64,000 nt of DNA from Escherichia phage vB_Ec-M-J, in the sequence record OQ718158.1. The stretch is one strand, 5' to 3'. Each line of letters begins with the position of its first letter. The first letter of the stretch is position 1. Shown piece by piece: positions 51,240-60,534 of this stretch. A program made the position numbers and the translations under genes. The notes under the pieces were generated by a model that did not search any database, was not told the DNA's origin, and saw nothing but the letters and a program-made list of their open reading frames with translations.

Positions 51240-51770
51240 ACAAATTTATTAATGGTGATACAATGATCTATGTACAATCACAATGACAGTACTGGTACTG
51301 ACAATCTTCCCCTACTTCACTTGAAAATGTAAAGGATAGATGAGCTTTTCATTGTAGCGAACAGCAAAAGAAACCCGTTAGATGTGGGCATAGTTTGAAC
51401 CCCTCACGGCAATGCGGCTGTATAAAGAACCACGTTAGGATAGCTGGTGGTTCCTCGATAGACATATAAGGATAACACCTTACGAATTATCTAAGGGAGA
51501 GTTATCGAATTTTGTACAGGAAAGTTGCGTCCAAAATTTGAGTACTCACATTAAGTATTTGATTGCATAGATACTTAATGAAGATACACTATGTTTAAAA
51601 GTGTAGACCGTCATATGAAACTGAAGTAGAGAGAAACAGGATGACCCGCTTTCGCACTCGTTATGAGTAATCTTCAATGCAATAGCTCTGATACCATTAG
51701 CGTCAAATTTCCCTCCGTGCGGGGGGGAAGAAAAATCCCTTCCTCAAATCCCGTCAATATTAAAAGTCCT
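51240..51770 (+). other. ~530-nt ORF-free region, candidate structured RNA or regulatory region
   Basis: No ORF of 60 aa or more in the six-frame track on either strand, and none found by eye in the + strand reading; nested inverted repeats; locally GC-richer. Confidence 0.3.
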
Positions 51771-51798
51771 TGACAGTTATGATTCATTCGCGTAGAAT
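51770..51798 (+). promoter_or_regulatory. sigma70-type promoter (TTGACA-17-TAGAAT)
   Basis: Upstream of gene at 51863. Confidence 0.55.
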
Positions 51799-51862
51799 AC
51801 GTAGTATTAGAAGCGAACAGACATCTCGAAGAGATGGATGATTAACCACTAAGGAATATCTA

Positions 51863-52072
51863 ATGAATTCAGTAATCTTTTTAATTATTGCTCTTTCACC
51901 ACAATCTGGTGTACAAATCACCCCAATGAATTCAATGAATCAATGCATTGCAGTACGTGACAGTACGTATGAACAAGTAAACAGCGTTTCACTTAGAACA
52001 GTTGGTGAAGAATTAATGTGGTGTTACAATAGTAATACTAAAGAAAAACTAATTGTTGGACAAACAGAATGA
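51863..52072 (+). CDS. small protein with N-terminal hydrophobic segment (69 aa)
   Basis: ATG with SD aaggaa. Confidence 0.5.
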   Translation: MNSVIFLIIALSPQSGVQITPMNSMNQCIAVRDSTYEQVNSVSLRTVGEELMWCYNSNTKEKLIVGQTE

Positions 52073-52296
52073 GTTATGGTGTTCGTTTTGAGATTCGTTC
52101 TATTGTTATCAATGACGAGAAACAAGCATCGTTGGATGACGATATACGAGAACTATATCTATCATGTATCCGTGCAAAATCTGAAGCAGATGCATTATCA
52201 CAAATGATTGGTTTTAATTTCTTTCATGGATACTATTTGGTACGAGTTATCGAAGTTAAAAAAGTCACTTTTGAGTGTCTTGCTGGAGAAATATAA
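52069..52296 (+). CDS. hypothetical protein (75 aa)
   Basis: ATGA-coupled. Confidence 0.5.
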   Translation: MSYGVRFEIRSIVINDEKQASLDDDIRELYLSCIRAKSEADALSQMIGFNFFHGYYLVRVIEVKKVTFECLAGEI

Positions 52297-52297
52297 A

Positions 52298-53092
52298 ATG
52301 AGCACTATAGATGAATTGATTCGCCGGAATTCAAAATACTACGAACCATCAGAAATTGTCGGCAACATTACTAAATCTGAGTTCGGACCAAATACTCGAA
52401 AACTCATTCATGTAATGTCACGTGATGGCTTTAAATGTGATTGTTGTGGTGAATCCAATGTGGTATTCACTTTACATAAGCACAGTACTAAAGACCGTTA
52501 TAAATTCAGACCTTATGTACTTAAAGGGAAACGCCTTGTACGCATGACGTTAGACCATAATGTACTAGACTGTCTTCAGGGCGGTAATGATAAAGAGAAC
52601 ATGACTGCATTGTGTGAGGATTGTAACGCATTACGCCAGCATAAGTTTGCTGAGTACAGTGAGTTTAAGTACTGGTATCATAACGCAGATCGTTCCATCG
52701 AGCCTGACGTTAACTACTGCTTCATTGAGTACATTAAGAATGCAAAAGATACATACATTCTAAAATCAATGTCACCTATTACAGTGTTCCCTGAGAATCT
52801 ATTCAGTACTATGCAGCGTGATTTTAAACGTGGTATCATTAATGCATTCAAACACTTAGACAAAGGTATCAAGCACTTTGAGGTGCAATGCTTAAATGAA
52901 GGAATGAATCGTTTAGTACAAATTTACATGAAATCATTTATAGGTGTTGACACCGCACGTCTACCAGTATATAATTACTTTATTGAAAGCGAAGAAGGTG
53001 AATCACTTCGTGATTATGGTGAAAGATTTAATAATAAAGTTTTCACTGCAATCGCAAACGAGATTCATTACTATAAACCATATGTAATTTAA
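52298..53092 (+). CDS. HNH-motif nuclease-like protein (264 aa)
   Basis: CDCCGES ... MTLDHNVLDCLQGGNDKENMTALCEDCNALRQ; ATG 52298 with SD ggagaa (ORF-track TTG 52208). Confidence 0.65.
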   Translation: MSTIDELIRRNSKYYEPSEIVGNITKSEFGPNTRKLIHVMSRDGFKCDCCGESNVVFTLHKHSTKDRYKFRPYVLKGKRLVRMTLDHNVLDCLQGGNDKENMTALCEDCNALRQHKFAEYSEFKYWYHNADRSIEPDVNYCFIEYIKNAKDTYILKSMSPITVFPENLFSTMQRDFKRGIINAFKHLDKGIKHFEVQCLNEGMNRLVQIYMKSFIGVDTARLPVYNYFIESEEGESLRDYGERFNNKVFTAIANEIHYYKPYVI

Positions 53093-53106
53093 TTAGAGGA
53101 TATATC

Positions 53107-53289
53107 ATGCAAATCATCATTCTTATCGTAGGTATCATTCTTGGTGTATATGGTCACTCCTGGATGAACGAGAAGTTCCCTAATACCCGTCCTGAGTATT
53201 GCAGTACTAATGTATTCCAGAATAGTGATAAACCAAAGGATAGTATTGGTAAGAAACTGGACAAAGTACTTGACGTAATCAACGAATAA
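53107..53289 (+). CDS. small membrane protein (60 aa)
   Basis: N-terminal TM; SD agagga. Confidence 0.45.
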   Translation: MQIIILIVGIILGVYGHSWMNEKFPNTRPEYCSTNVFQNSDKPKDSIGKKLDKVLDVINE

Positions 53290-53298
53290 GGGTAAAGT

Positions 53299-53499
53299 AT
53301 GTTTAAATCAAATACAAATGTTGGTAAGAAGGTTCAATTACTTGAGGATGTATCCACTATGAGTGGAACCTTCACTAAAGGTCACATCATGACTATTATT
53401 GCCGAAACATCCCGTGGGTGGGATTTGGAAGATGCTGATGGTAATCGCATCCTTGAGGCTGGATTCTATGGTCATCGTGAATATAAAATCATTGATTAA
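53299..53499 (+). CDS. hypothetical protein (66 aa)
   Basis: ORF with SD. Confidence 0.5.
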   Translation: MFKSNTNVGKKVQLLEDVSTMSGTFTKGHIMTIIAETSRGWDLEDADGNRILEAGFYGHREYKIID

Positions 53500-53595
53500 G
53501 GATGCAACATGACTTTAGAGATTGTCTTTGGTATTGTTAGCTTAGTCGTCTGTGTGGGTTGGTTTGGGTATCTGATGATTTTTGGTGATTAATAC

Positions 53596-53623
53596 TTGAC
53601 ATAAGATATCAGTACTGTATAAT
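53596..53623 (+). promoter_or_regulatory. sigma70-type promoter (TTGACA-16-TATAAT)
   Basis: cagtactgTATAATgtttatatcaaa block shared with the promoter at 53944. Confidence 0.6.
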
Positions 53624-53668
53624 GTTTATATCAAACGACACCCACTTTAACAAATAATAGGAAATATT

Positions 53669-53947
53669 ATGTCTTTTACCAAAGAAGAACGTGACCTTAT
53701 TAAAAAAGCAATCTGGTTTTATGCTAATGAAGGGGAGTGCGATGAAGAAAAAGCACGTGAACTGTGTAATATCCTTGAGCAGAAACAAGAACTGAAAGTT
53801 TATCGTATCCGTGTTTTGGATGACGGGGATCGTATTGTCCTAGCTGAAACAAAAGAAGAAGCAGAACAAATCTTCACTGATAAAAACGAAAATCCACATT
53901 GGATGGAAGAAGTCTGTGAAGTAAAAAAAGGTACTTATATCGATTGA
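53669..53947 (+). CDS. hypothetical protein (92 aa)
   Basis: ATG with SD aataggaaa. Confidence 0.6.
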   Translation: MSFTKEERDLIKKAIWFYANEGECDEEKARELCNILEQKQELKVYRIRVLDDGDRIVLAETKEEAEQIFTDKNENPHWMEEVCEVKKGTYID

Positions 53948-53972
53948 CTGTACTGAATAATAGCAGTATAAT
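53944..53972 (+). promoter_or_regulatory. sigma70-type promoter (TTGACT-17-TATAAT)
   Basis: -35 overlaps stop codon of upstream gene. Confidence 0.6.
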
Positions 53973-54065
53973 GTTTATATCAAAGGGAATGCAGTGAAAG
54001 GAAAGACAGCATAATCGTACTCGTCACTGCGTTTCCACCCTTTTAAATTAAATGAGGAATTAACT

Positions 54066-54374
54066 ATGTTTCAAACTAACACTCAAGGTTTTGTAATCAT
54101 CGATTTGAATCAAAACAGCGGTTATTGGATGAAACCTACTGACGCATGTATGCAGTTTGATTTTTTAGGTTACAGGATTAGTGTAAGTACTGGTGCTTCT
54201 GTACTGCGTGGTGGTTGTATCGTTGAACATCTGGTAACTGATCCAGAAGGTCGTGAGTATGAAATCGCAGGTTCAGTACAAGATGCCATTATGTTTGTAT
54301 GTCAGCGTGAAATGAATAGTTCGAATTCAAATGCACTGACTCATGCTCTTTCTCAAGAAGTGGAGGTTCGTTAA
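54066..54374 (+). CDS. hypothetical protein (102 aa)
   Basis: ATG with SD gaggaa. Confidence 0.6.
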   Translation: MFQTNTQGFVIIDLNQNSGYWMKPTDACMQFDFLGYRISVSTGASVLRGGCIVEHLVTDPEGREYEIAGSVQDAIMFVCQREMNSSNSNALTHALSQEVEVR

Positions 54375-54625
54375 TGAAATATATCGTAGCAGTACTCGTT
54401 GCATTTTTACTCACTGCATGTGACGCTTCAACCAAAGAACGCACAAGTGATTTTATTCTCCCTATTGAATTACAAGAAGCAGGATGTAAGATTTATCGTA
54501 TGCAAAAGGATGGTGCTGGCGTAACCTTGTATACAGTTTATTGCCCTAATGCAAATACCAGTACTGGATACAGCAGCGGTAAAACACGAATCAATACTTC
54601 AGTGATTAATGGAGTACAACAATGA
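54374..54625 (+). CDS. putative lipoprotein (83 aa)
   Basis: Signal peptide ending in lipobox-like LLTAC. Confidence 0.6.
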   Translation: MKYIVAVLVAFLLTACDASTKERTSDFILPIELQEAGCKIYRMQKDGAGVTLYTVYCPNANTSTGYSSGKTRINTSVINGVQQ

Positions 54626-54990
54626 GCCTTGATACAACCCGTGCAACAGATTTATTAACTCGTATGAATAATGAAGAATTTCTTGCTGAAATAAAGTACA
54701 AGCTTGAAAAACTGGCACGAAGTGCTGAAGTAATTGAAGTTGAAGGTCACTTACCAATGGACCAATTCCATACGTTCAACGAAGATATGGTTTATTATCC
54801 AAATGAAATTTGGATTGAGTGGGAGTCATGGACTAACAAAACTCTACGCATTGAAGGTTATTGTGTGAATTATGAATCTGAACCTGGTGATGTTACAAAA
54901 ACTCTCTCCATTTGGTGTACAAAAACACATGAACTCGTTGAGGTGAATTTGAATTATATGAAAGGTTTCCGTTGGGGTGATGTTCAATGA
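54622..54990 (+). CDS. hypothetical protein (122 aa)
   Basis: ATGA-coupled. Confidence 0.6.
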   Translation: MSLDTTRATDLLTRMNNEEFLAEIKYKLEKLARSAEVIEVEGHLPMDQFHTFNEDMVYYPNEIWIEWESWTNKTLRIEGYCVNYESEPGDVTKTLSIWCTKTHELVEVNLNYMKGFRWGDVQ

Positions 54991-55262
54991 TTAAAAAACT
55001 ATTGACAGTTGTCTTTGTATTCTGTACAATGTTTCTTACAGCATGTAATGATGACGGCAGGTTTAGTGCAAAAGACTTAGTTCGTCAGGATTGTACATTC
55101 ACAGGTAAGTCTTTTATTAACGAGTATGAAATATGTACACAATCAGGTCGTATCTGTGGTGGTTGGGAAAAACGTCAGGAGCGATTGTATGTATATGAAT
55201 GCCCTGGTCATCTCAACAAAGTACTAAGCACACACAAACTTGTTTATGATAAGGTTGAATAA
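54987..55262 (+). CDS. putative lipoprotein (91 aa)
   Basis: Signal peptide ending in lipobox-like FLTAC. Confidence 0.6.
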   Translation: MIKKLLTVVFVFCTMFLTACNDDGRFSAKDLVRQDCTFTGKSFINEYEICTQSGRICGGWEKRQERLYVYECPGHLNKVLSTHKLVYDKVE

Positions 55263-55477
55263 TGACTACCAATGAAATGATGCAGGTTATTTGGGATAAA
55301 GGTTGCGATCTTAAAATCACCAGTACTGATGTTCGTGTATTCAAAACTGAATATATGGAGTACTTGGACCTTGATACTTATAATAATATTGTATCAATTG
55401 AACACAAAGGTGCAGTACTGGAAACAATTGACGTAGTACTGAAGAAAGCTACCGACCTATTAGGAGCGGCAGTGTGA
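55262..55477 (+). CDS. hypothetical protein (71 aa)
   Basis: Coupled ORF. Confidence 0.55.
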   Translation: MTTNEMMQVIWDKGCDLKITSTDVRVFKTEYMEYLDLDTYNNIVSIEHKGAVLETIDVVLKKATDLLGAAV

Positions 55478-55620
55478 ATAACAAAGAGTGGGAAGAGTAC
55501 CGTAAGAAGTGCAGGGAGTTTGATAAAGAACTAACTGGTACAGTGAATGCAGTAATGTGGGTATCTGTAATTATTGCAGTTCTTGCGTTGGGTGCTATTA
55601 TTATTAATAAATTATTCTAA
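55474..55620 (+). CDS. small membrane protein (48 aa), GTG start, not in ORF track
   Basis: GTG 7 nt after SD aggag; C-terminal TM WVSVIIAVLALGAIII. Confidence 0.4.
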   Translation: MNNKEWEEYRKKCREFDKELTGTVNAVMWVSVIIAVLALGAIIINKLF

Positions 55621-55630
55621 GGCGAATATC

Positions 55631-55831
55631 ATGTTTACTTTATATCTCGCAGTAGTTCTCACCAATGGTGAAATCACTCGTACTATTGGTGAAGGTGTAT
55701 ATAAAACACCAGACCAGTGCTACTCTGCTACTCATTGGCCTCGCGATAGTGGGGATGAAACTCGCACTGAATTCAAATGCATGAAAGTAAAAGGTGATTT
55801 TGTTAACCTTAAGGTTATCGAGGCGAAATAA
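55631..55831 (+). CDS. small secreted/membrane protein (66 aa)
   Basis: ORF-track TTG 55574 overlaps upstream small ORF; ATG 55631; N-terminal hydrophobic segment. Confidence 0.5.
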   Translation: MFTLYLAVVLTNGEITRTIGEGVYKTPDQCYSATHWPRDSGDETRTEFKCMKVKGDFVNLKVIEAK

Positions 55832-56346
55832 TGGATATTAATGAGTTGTTGATCTTATTGTTTAATCGTGGAAATGATGTAAGACGTTCTGAATATCAAG
55901 ACAAAATTCACATTGAAACTGATAAATGTTATGGTAAAACAACTCATGAGATTTTGAAGCCAAATGGCAAACGATATGCCGATGTATGTTTTCATGAACG
56001 AAGTGATGGTAGTGAAATAATCAGTACTGAAATTGTGTTTTATGATAGATCCTCGGAAGGTTCGTATGAAATAGAACTTATATATTGTCCTGGTTCAGAA
56101 ACACACAATAAACGTCAGATATTATATGATGTTTATTCACCTCCAGGTGTAGCTGAATATTTTGTTATTGATTACAGTACTGAAGAAAGTGTGTTTCAAC
56201 AGAGCTTGATTCATAACTTCCAGTTGAATGATCCAAATGTACCAAAGTTGTTCAAACTACTCGATACTATCGATGTTGATTTTGAATTTGTTATGTGCAT
56301 TAGAACTTCCTTGATCGATGAATTTATGGAACTACTTAATATATGA
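55831..56346 (+). CDS. FQxS-motif family protein (171 aa)
   Basis: TEESVFQQSLIHN. Confidence 0.7.
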   Translation: MDINELLILLFNRGNDVRRSEYQDKIHIETDKCYGKTTHEILKPNGKRYADVCFHERSDGSEIISTEIVFYDRSSEGSYEIELIYCPGSETHNKRQILYDVYSPPGVAEYFVIDYSTEESVFQQSLIHNFQLNDPNVPKLFKLLDTIDVDFEFVMCIRTSLIDEFMELLNI

Positions 56347-56564
56347 ATCGTTACTACATTGTGTATGAGCATGTATCTGAGTTTAATAATGTACGTGGTT
56401 ATAAGAAAGAAGTACAGAAGATTGATGTATTTGTTCGTGCATTAAGTCCAACACATGCACTATTTAAATTGTTTGATGAAGTAACTAAGTACAACACACC
56501 AAAAACACAACGCTATATTGAAACAGTACATAGTGTAATACTCACTGAATATGATGGAGAATGA
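56343..56564 (+). CDS. hypothetical protein (73 aa)
   Basis: ATGA-coupled. Confidence 0.55.
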   Translation: MNRYYIVYEHVSEFNNVRGYKKEVQKIDVFVRALSPTHALFKLFDEVTKYNTPKTQRYIETVHSVILTEYDGE

Positions 56565-56567
56565 CAA

Positions 56568-56786
56568 ATGAATTTATATCTAGTTGAAGGGTCAGTACAA
56601 GTATCCAAGCAAGACGGAGAAGGGTATCGTTTTTCACATGTAGAATATTTTAAGTACGTAGTAAAGGCCGATGGTCAGTACGACGCAGAAATTCAGGTTG
56701 AAGAATCATTCCGTAAGAAGAATGATATTGGTAAATTTGAATACCAAGACTTACAATTCACTGTATGGCCTAGCATTAATGACTAA
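56568..56786 (+). CDS. hypothetical protein (72 aa)
   Basis: ORF with SD. Confidence 0.55.
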   Translation: MNLYLVEGSVQVSKQDGEGYRFSHVEYFKYVVKADGQYDAEIQVEESFRKKNDIGKFEYQDLQFTVWPSIND

Positions 56787-56991
56787 GATGTGGTGGTGTC
56801 ATGGTGTCTACAATGTCTATGAATATGGTAGATTCAAAATGAGCAGCACCTATGCCAGACGTGTTAATGCGAAAAACCAAGTTGATGCTGCTTGTGAGAT
56901 TGTAGAGTGGTATGCAGAGTTCAATGCAATTGATTTTATGTACGAAATAGTTACAATAAATGTTGTACAAATTGACACGTCTTTGATATAA
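56779..56991 (+). CDS. hypothetical protein (70 aa)
   Basis: ORF-track ATG 56671 lies deep inside upstream gene; ATG 56779 overlaps upstream stop by 8 nt. Confidence 0.45.
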   Translation: MTKMWWCHGVYNVYEYGRFKMSSTYARRVNAKNQVDAACEIVEWYAEFNAIDFMYEIVTINVVQIDTSLI

Positions 56992-57025
56992 TAACTGTAT
57001 CAAAACAACCGCAACTGAGGATACT

Positions 57026-57688
57026 ATGTTAGTTAATCTTAATTTCATCACTTCTCCTGATTGGGCATTGCGTGGTGTTTCTTTGAACTTTAAAGAAACT
57101 AATTTCGACTACATTGGTGATTGTACTTTAGTTAATGCTAAATTTGATCCTCATCATCCTTTTTGGGCTGAAATTCATGATCCTAATGTAAACAATAGTA
57201 CATCTGTTATGACTATTGTACAGACGAAACATACAGGTATCCTCGCAGGTTACAGACCAGGACATGCGATTGAACACTTCACTGATTATGATGTAGTAGA
57301 TGAGTATCCAATGATCCATGAAGATGGAAGTTTATACACGTCAGAAGACTTCCGTGCTATCTTTAATAGTACTGATGACATTCTACCAAGTGGTCGTCCA
57401 CGTCCTGAGTCTTATCTTATGCACTCGTCTTATGGTGTAGCAGATACGCTTGAACAGATTTTGACGAAGTACAAGAACCTTATTGAAGGTCCAGAAGAAA
57501 TTGTCATGTGCTATCATCCAGTACTGAAGTCTGACCAACCAGAGAGTGGTGGGTGGCGTTGGCATAAGAATGGTGAGTACATCGGTACTAAGCGTAGTAA
57601 AGAACGCTTTGAGTACTTGTATGATGAGCCAGATGTTGAGGTTGTTTTATGTTATAATTTTCTTAAGGTGAAAAAGAAATGTATCTAG
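57026..57688 (+). CDS. hypothetical protein (220 aa)
   Basis: ATG with SD gaggat. Confidence 0.7.
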   Translation: MLVNLNFITSPDWALRGVSLNFKETNFDYIGDCTLVNAKFDPHHPFWAEIHDPNVNNSTSVMTIVQTKHTGILAGYRPGHAIEHFTDYDVVDEYPMIHEDGSLYTSEDFRAIFNSTDDILPSGRPRPESYLMHSSYGVADTLEQILTKYKNLIEGPEEIVMCYHPVLKSDQPESGGWRWHKNGEYIGTKRSKERFEYLYDEPDVEVVLCYNFLKVKKKCI

Positions 57689-57921
57689 TATTGAGTTTTG
57701 TAGTTGCATTATTGTTTATGTTCTACCCTACACTAGTAGCAGTAGCCACTAAACGAAAGCTGGTGGATATCACTACTGTATTCTTGCTAAACGTGGCACT
57801 CGTTCTAGTGTCTATTATAATTCCCGTGAGCTTTACGGTTATTGATATGGCATCTGTATTACTATTCGTCTTCAGTTATCTTATGCTTATTGAAGAAAAA
57901 CCTGTTGACAAACGTTTGTAG
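57679..57921 (+). CDS. small two-TM membrane protein (80 aa)
   Basis: Two hydrophobic segments. Confidence 0.55.
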   Translation: MYLVLSFVVALLFMFYPTLVAVATKRKLVDITTVFLLNVALVLVSIIIPVSFTVIDMASVLLFVFSYLMLIEEKPVDKRL

Positions 57922-57932
57922 TACTGTATAAT
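57905..57932 (+). promoter_or_regulatory. sigma70-type promoter (TTGACA-16-TATAAT)
   Basis: -35 overlaps the last codons of the upstream gene; gtagtactgTATAAT block. Confidence 0.6.
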
Positions 57933-57979
57933 GGTTCTTGTAGTCTGAAACTTAACACTTAAACTTGAGGATATAAAAC

Positions 57980-58306
57980 ATGTTATCAGTTCTAATTTCA
58001 ATTCCTGCTCTAATTCTGTTATGGGTTATGGTTTTCGAATTCTTCATTAAAGACGAAACCGAGCGTGATGAGTTTCGTGAGTTGTTTATGTTAGACTCAC
58101 CCATTGTACGAATCTTCTTCGTTGTAGTACTTATTTCAGTACTGTCATGGTTAGTAAATTTTGTATTACCAATTGGACCATTTGTTTCAATTATGAATTT
58201 AGTTGAGAACATTGTTGGTATTGTGTGGTTTACTAATGCATTGTTTGCTGGTAAAGTTTCCATTTGGTTTGATATCTTGAAAGATAAACTAACTAGTAAG
58301 AAGTAA
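57980..58306 (+). CDS. membrane protein (108 aa)
   Basis: Multiple hydrophobic segments; SD gaggat. Confidence 0.6.
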   Translation: MLSVLISIPALILLWVMVFEFFIKDETERDEFRELFMLDSPIVRIFFVVVLISVLSWLVNFVLPIGPFVSIMNLVENIVGIVWFTNALFAGKVSIWFDILKDKLTSKK

Positions 58307-58384
58307 CGTTCAAAAAGTCTCTAATAGTATTAAATACTTCTGTACAAATAATATGTGCAGAAGTATTGCTCGTTAGAGGTTATA

Positions 58385-58750
58385 ATGAAAAAATATATAA
58401 GAATGATAATGGTGTTTGTAGTATTCATGCTTTATTCAAGGTTCAGTACAGCCGTACCTGCTTACCTTGATTGTATGGGAAACGATGGAACATGGCATGT
58501 ACTTTCTAATGACCCACAAAATGGAAACAATATTGTCGTAGATAATGAGGTTTACCGTTTCAGGGCCGAGAGTTTGATTGGGAATAAAAAGGTATCGACA
58601 TATAAATCAGATGCTGGTATAATAGCAAATGTAATATTGATAGTGGACCCCAAGACAAAGGATGGGGATATTTACATAGTCATTTATCAAGATTCGTCGA
58701 ACAAACGCGATCAGGATATTGATAAATTGAATATTCATTGTGAACTGTAA
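58385..58750 (+). CDS. secreted protein with signal peptide (121 aa)
   Basis: ORF-track GTG 58355; ATG 58385 with SD agagg; signal peptide-like N-terminus. Confidence 0.6.
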   Translation: MKKYIRMIMVFVVFMLYSRFSTAVPAYLDCMGNDGTWHVLSNDPQNGNNIVVDNEVYRFRAESLIGNKKVSTYKSDAGIIANVILIVDPKTKDGDIYIVIYQDSSNKRDQDIDKLNIHCEL

Positions 58751-58760
58751 GGTATAACAA

Positions 58761-59144
58761 ATGATAAACGATGTAATGCTTTATGTATTAATTACTCCGA
58801 TTCTTATTAACTCAGTAATAACTATTTCAATGGCATTATTTGGTATAGTAGCAATTGTTTATGCGGTTAGTACTGGAAAGTATACTTTAATTAGTAAGGT
58901 TGATTCATGGTTCGCATCTGATAGTGTACCATATTCAGCTAGTATGATTACGATTGGTATTCTAATCGTTGCATTTACACTGCACTGTATTGGTTTTATT
59001 AATACAAGTATTTTTTCAGTTTTTATTGGTCTATCATTATATCCATCACTTTGGTACTTGATTTATGTAATCGATGTTTGGTATAATAACTACAAGCAGT
59101 ACAAAGTGAAGAAATCCATTTTATCCAAAGGAAACAAATCATGA
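58761..59144 (+). CDS. polytopic membrane protein (127 aa)
   Basis: Four hydrophobic segments. Confidence 0.6.
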   Translation: MINDVMLYVLITPILINSVITISMALFGIVAIVYAVSTGKYTLISKVDSWFASDSVPYSASMITIGILIVAFTLHCIGFINTSIFSVFIGLSLYPSLWYLIYVIDVWYNNYKQYKVKKSILSKGNKS

Positions 59145-59491
59145 AAGTAATTTTGTTTTTTGTTTGTATGATTATATGTGGTATGTCTTATGCAGAACCA
59201 TTACCTGGACTAGTCTGTACTGAAGGTGATATTAAACACATTTACCAAGGTGATAGCGATGACCATACTATCGTTTATATCGATGGTGAAGTGTATAATT
59301 TTGTTAAAGAACATACTGTAGGTGACATTAGTTTTACGCAGTACTCGAATGATACTGATCCCAATATGCTTGCATTTCTTCAAGTTGATGTATATGAAGA
59401 AAGTAATGGTGAACAGTATGTTAAACTTGTGATGATGCGTAAGGCAGCAAAACAGGCAACATTCGGTGGCTTGTGTAAATATGAGGACTAA
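59141..59491 (+). CDS. secreted protein with signal peptide (116 aa)
   Basis: N-terminus MKVILFFVCMIICGMSYA. Confidence 0.6.
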   Translation: MKVILFFVCMIICGMSYAEPLPGLVCTEGDIKHIYQGDSDDHTIVYIDGEVYNFVKEHTVGDISFTQYSNDTDPNMLAFLQVDVYEESNGEQYVKLVMMRKAAKQATFGGLCKYED

Positions 59492-59495
59492 ACAT

Positions 59496-59687
59496 ATGTT
59501 GATTTATCAATGTGATAACATTCGTGTTATGCAGCATCCCTACTTACAAATCTTTGATGTGCAGCAGTATATGGAAGGTGATGACCCAAGAACCTATGGT
59601 CGTAAGTATGATTACTTCACTGTAAAGCAGTGTCATAACATCAAAGAAGTACGACAATTAGTTCAAGAACTTCAAAATAAAGGTTGA
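59496..59687 (+). CDS. hypothetical protein (63 aa)
   Basis: ORF-track GTG 59466 overlaps upstream gene; ATG 59496 with SD gagga. Confidence 0.5.
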   Translation: MLIYQCDNIRVMQHPYLQIFDVQQYMEGDDPRTYGRKYDYFTVKQCHNIKEVRQLVQELQNKG

Positions 59688-59706
59688 CTTCGGTCAACCT
59701 TTTTTG
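59681..59706 (+). terminator. Rho-independent terminator with UUCG loop, doubling as -35 of a promoter
   Basis: aggttgac ttcg gtcaacct then tttttt; TTGACT in the stem is 18 nt upstream of TATAAT at 59708-59713. Confidence 0.7.
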
Positions 59707-59742
59707 TTATAATTACTTCATCAACTACTGGGGATTTTAATT

Positions 59743-60183
59743 ATGTACGTATATCGTTTTGAACTTAAATTCAGTTATATTGAACCTAACTTAGATCCAG
59801 CAAAAACAGTAGGGCCGTTCGCACGGTACTCTTCACGATACAGTACTAAAAATGGATTTGACCGTTTGTGCATGACCACGCCTTCGCAATTCCAACCAGA
59901 ACCAACTGAAGATGGAATCTATTCAATCAAACGTGGCTGGGCATTTGGCTGTCAGAGTTTGAATGATTTGTTTAAGTTCTTTACTATGGACTTGGGTAAA
60001 TTACATCGTGCAGGGTTTGCTGTATCAGTATATGAAGTTCCTGATAATCATGTTGACATTGGTCGTAGTCAGGTTCAGTACTATTGTGGTAGTGCCAATC
60101 TGGTTCGTATTATGTCAGTGAGAGAAGCAAAGGATGAGTACCGCCAAAGTAAAAGAGTAATACATGAGGCTGTATATGGATAA
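59743..60183 (+). CDS. hypothetical protein (146 aa)
   Basis: ATG with SD ggggat. Confidence 0.65.
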   Translation: MYVYRFELKFSYIEPNLDPAKTVGPFARYSSRYSTKNGFDRLCMTTPSQFQPEPTEDGIYSIKRGWAFGCQSLNDLFKFFTMDLGKLHRAGFAVSVYEVPDNHVDIGRSQVQYYCGSANLVRIMSVREAKDEYRQSKRVIHEAVYG

Positions 60184-60520
60184 GACTCAAATAGAATTAA
60201 AAAAATTTGTATCGTTTTATCTACCCAATGACCCACGTTGTACACAATATGATGTTGCATATTACAATGCATTGACTACACAGTTAATGAAGAAATTCAA
60301 ACAGTGTTTGACTGTATTCAATGATGATGGTAGACGTAGATATAGAATCATTCCAATGAATGATGAAAACGATAACTACTTTGACTTTGATGTTGTTTTT
60401 CGAGCATATAATGATGATAGAATAAAATTAAATTATGAGCAAATAATGCTTGACCTCAGTGTTATCTGTGTTATAATTACTCACATAGCCGAACTTGATG
60501 GTTTAAAAGAATGGTATTAA
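60176..60520 (+). CDS. hypothetical protein (114 aa)
   Basis: ATG 60176 with SD gagg (ORF-track ATG 60164 lacks SD). Confidence 0.55.
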   Translation: MDKTQIELKKFVSFYLPNDPRCTQYDVAYYNALTTQLMKKFKQCLTVFNDDGRRRYRIIPMNDENDNYFDFDVVFRAYNDDRIKLNYEQIMLDLSVICVIITHIAELDGLKEWY

Positions 60521-60534
60521 CTTAGAGGATAATC

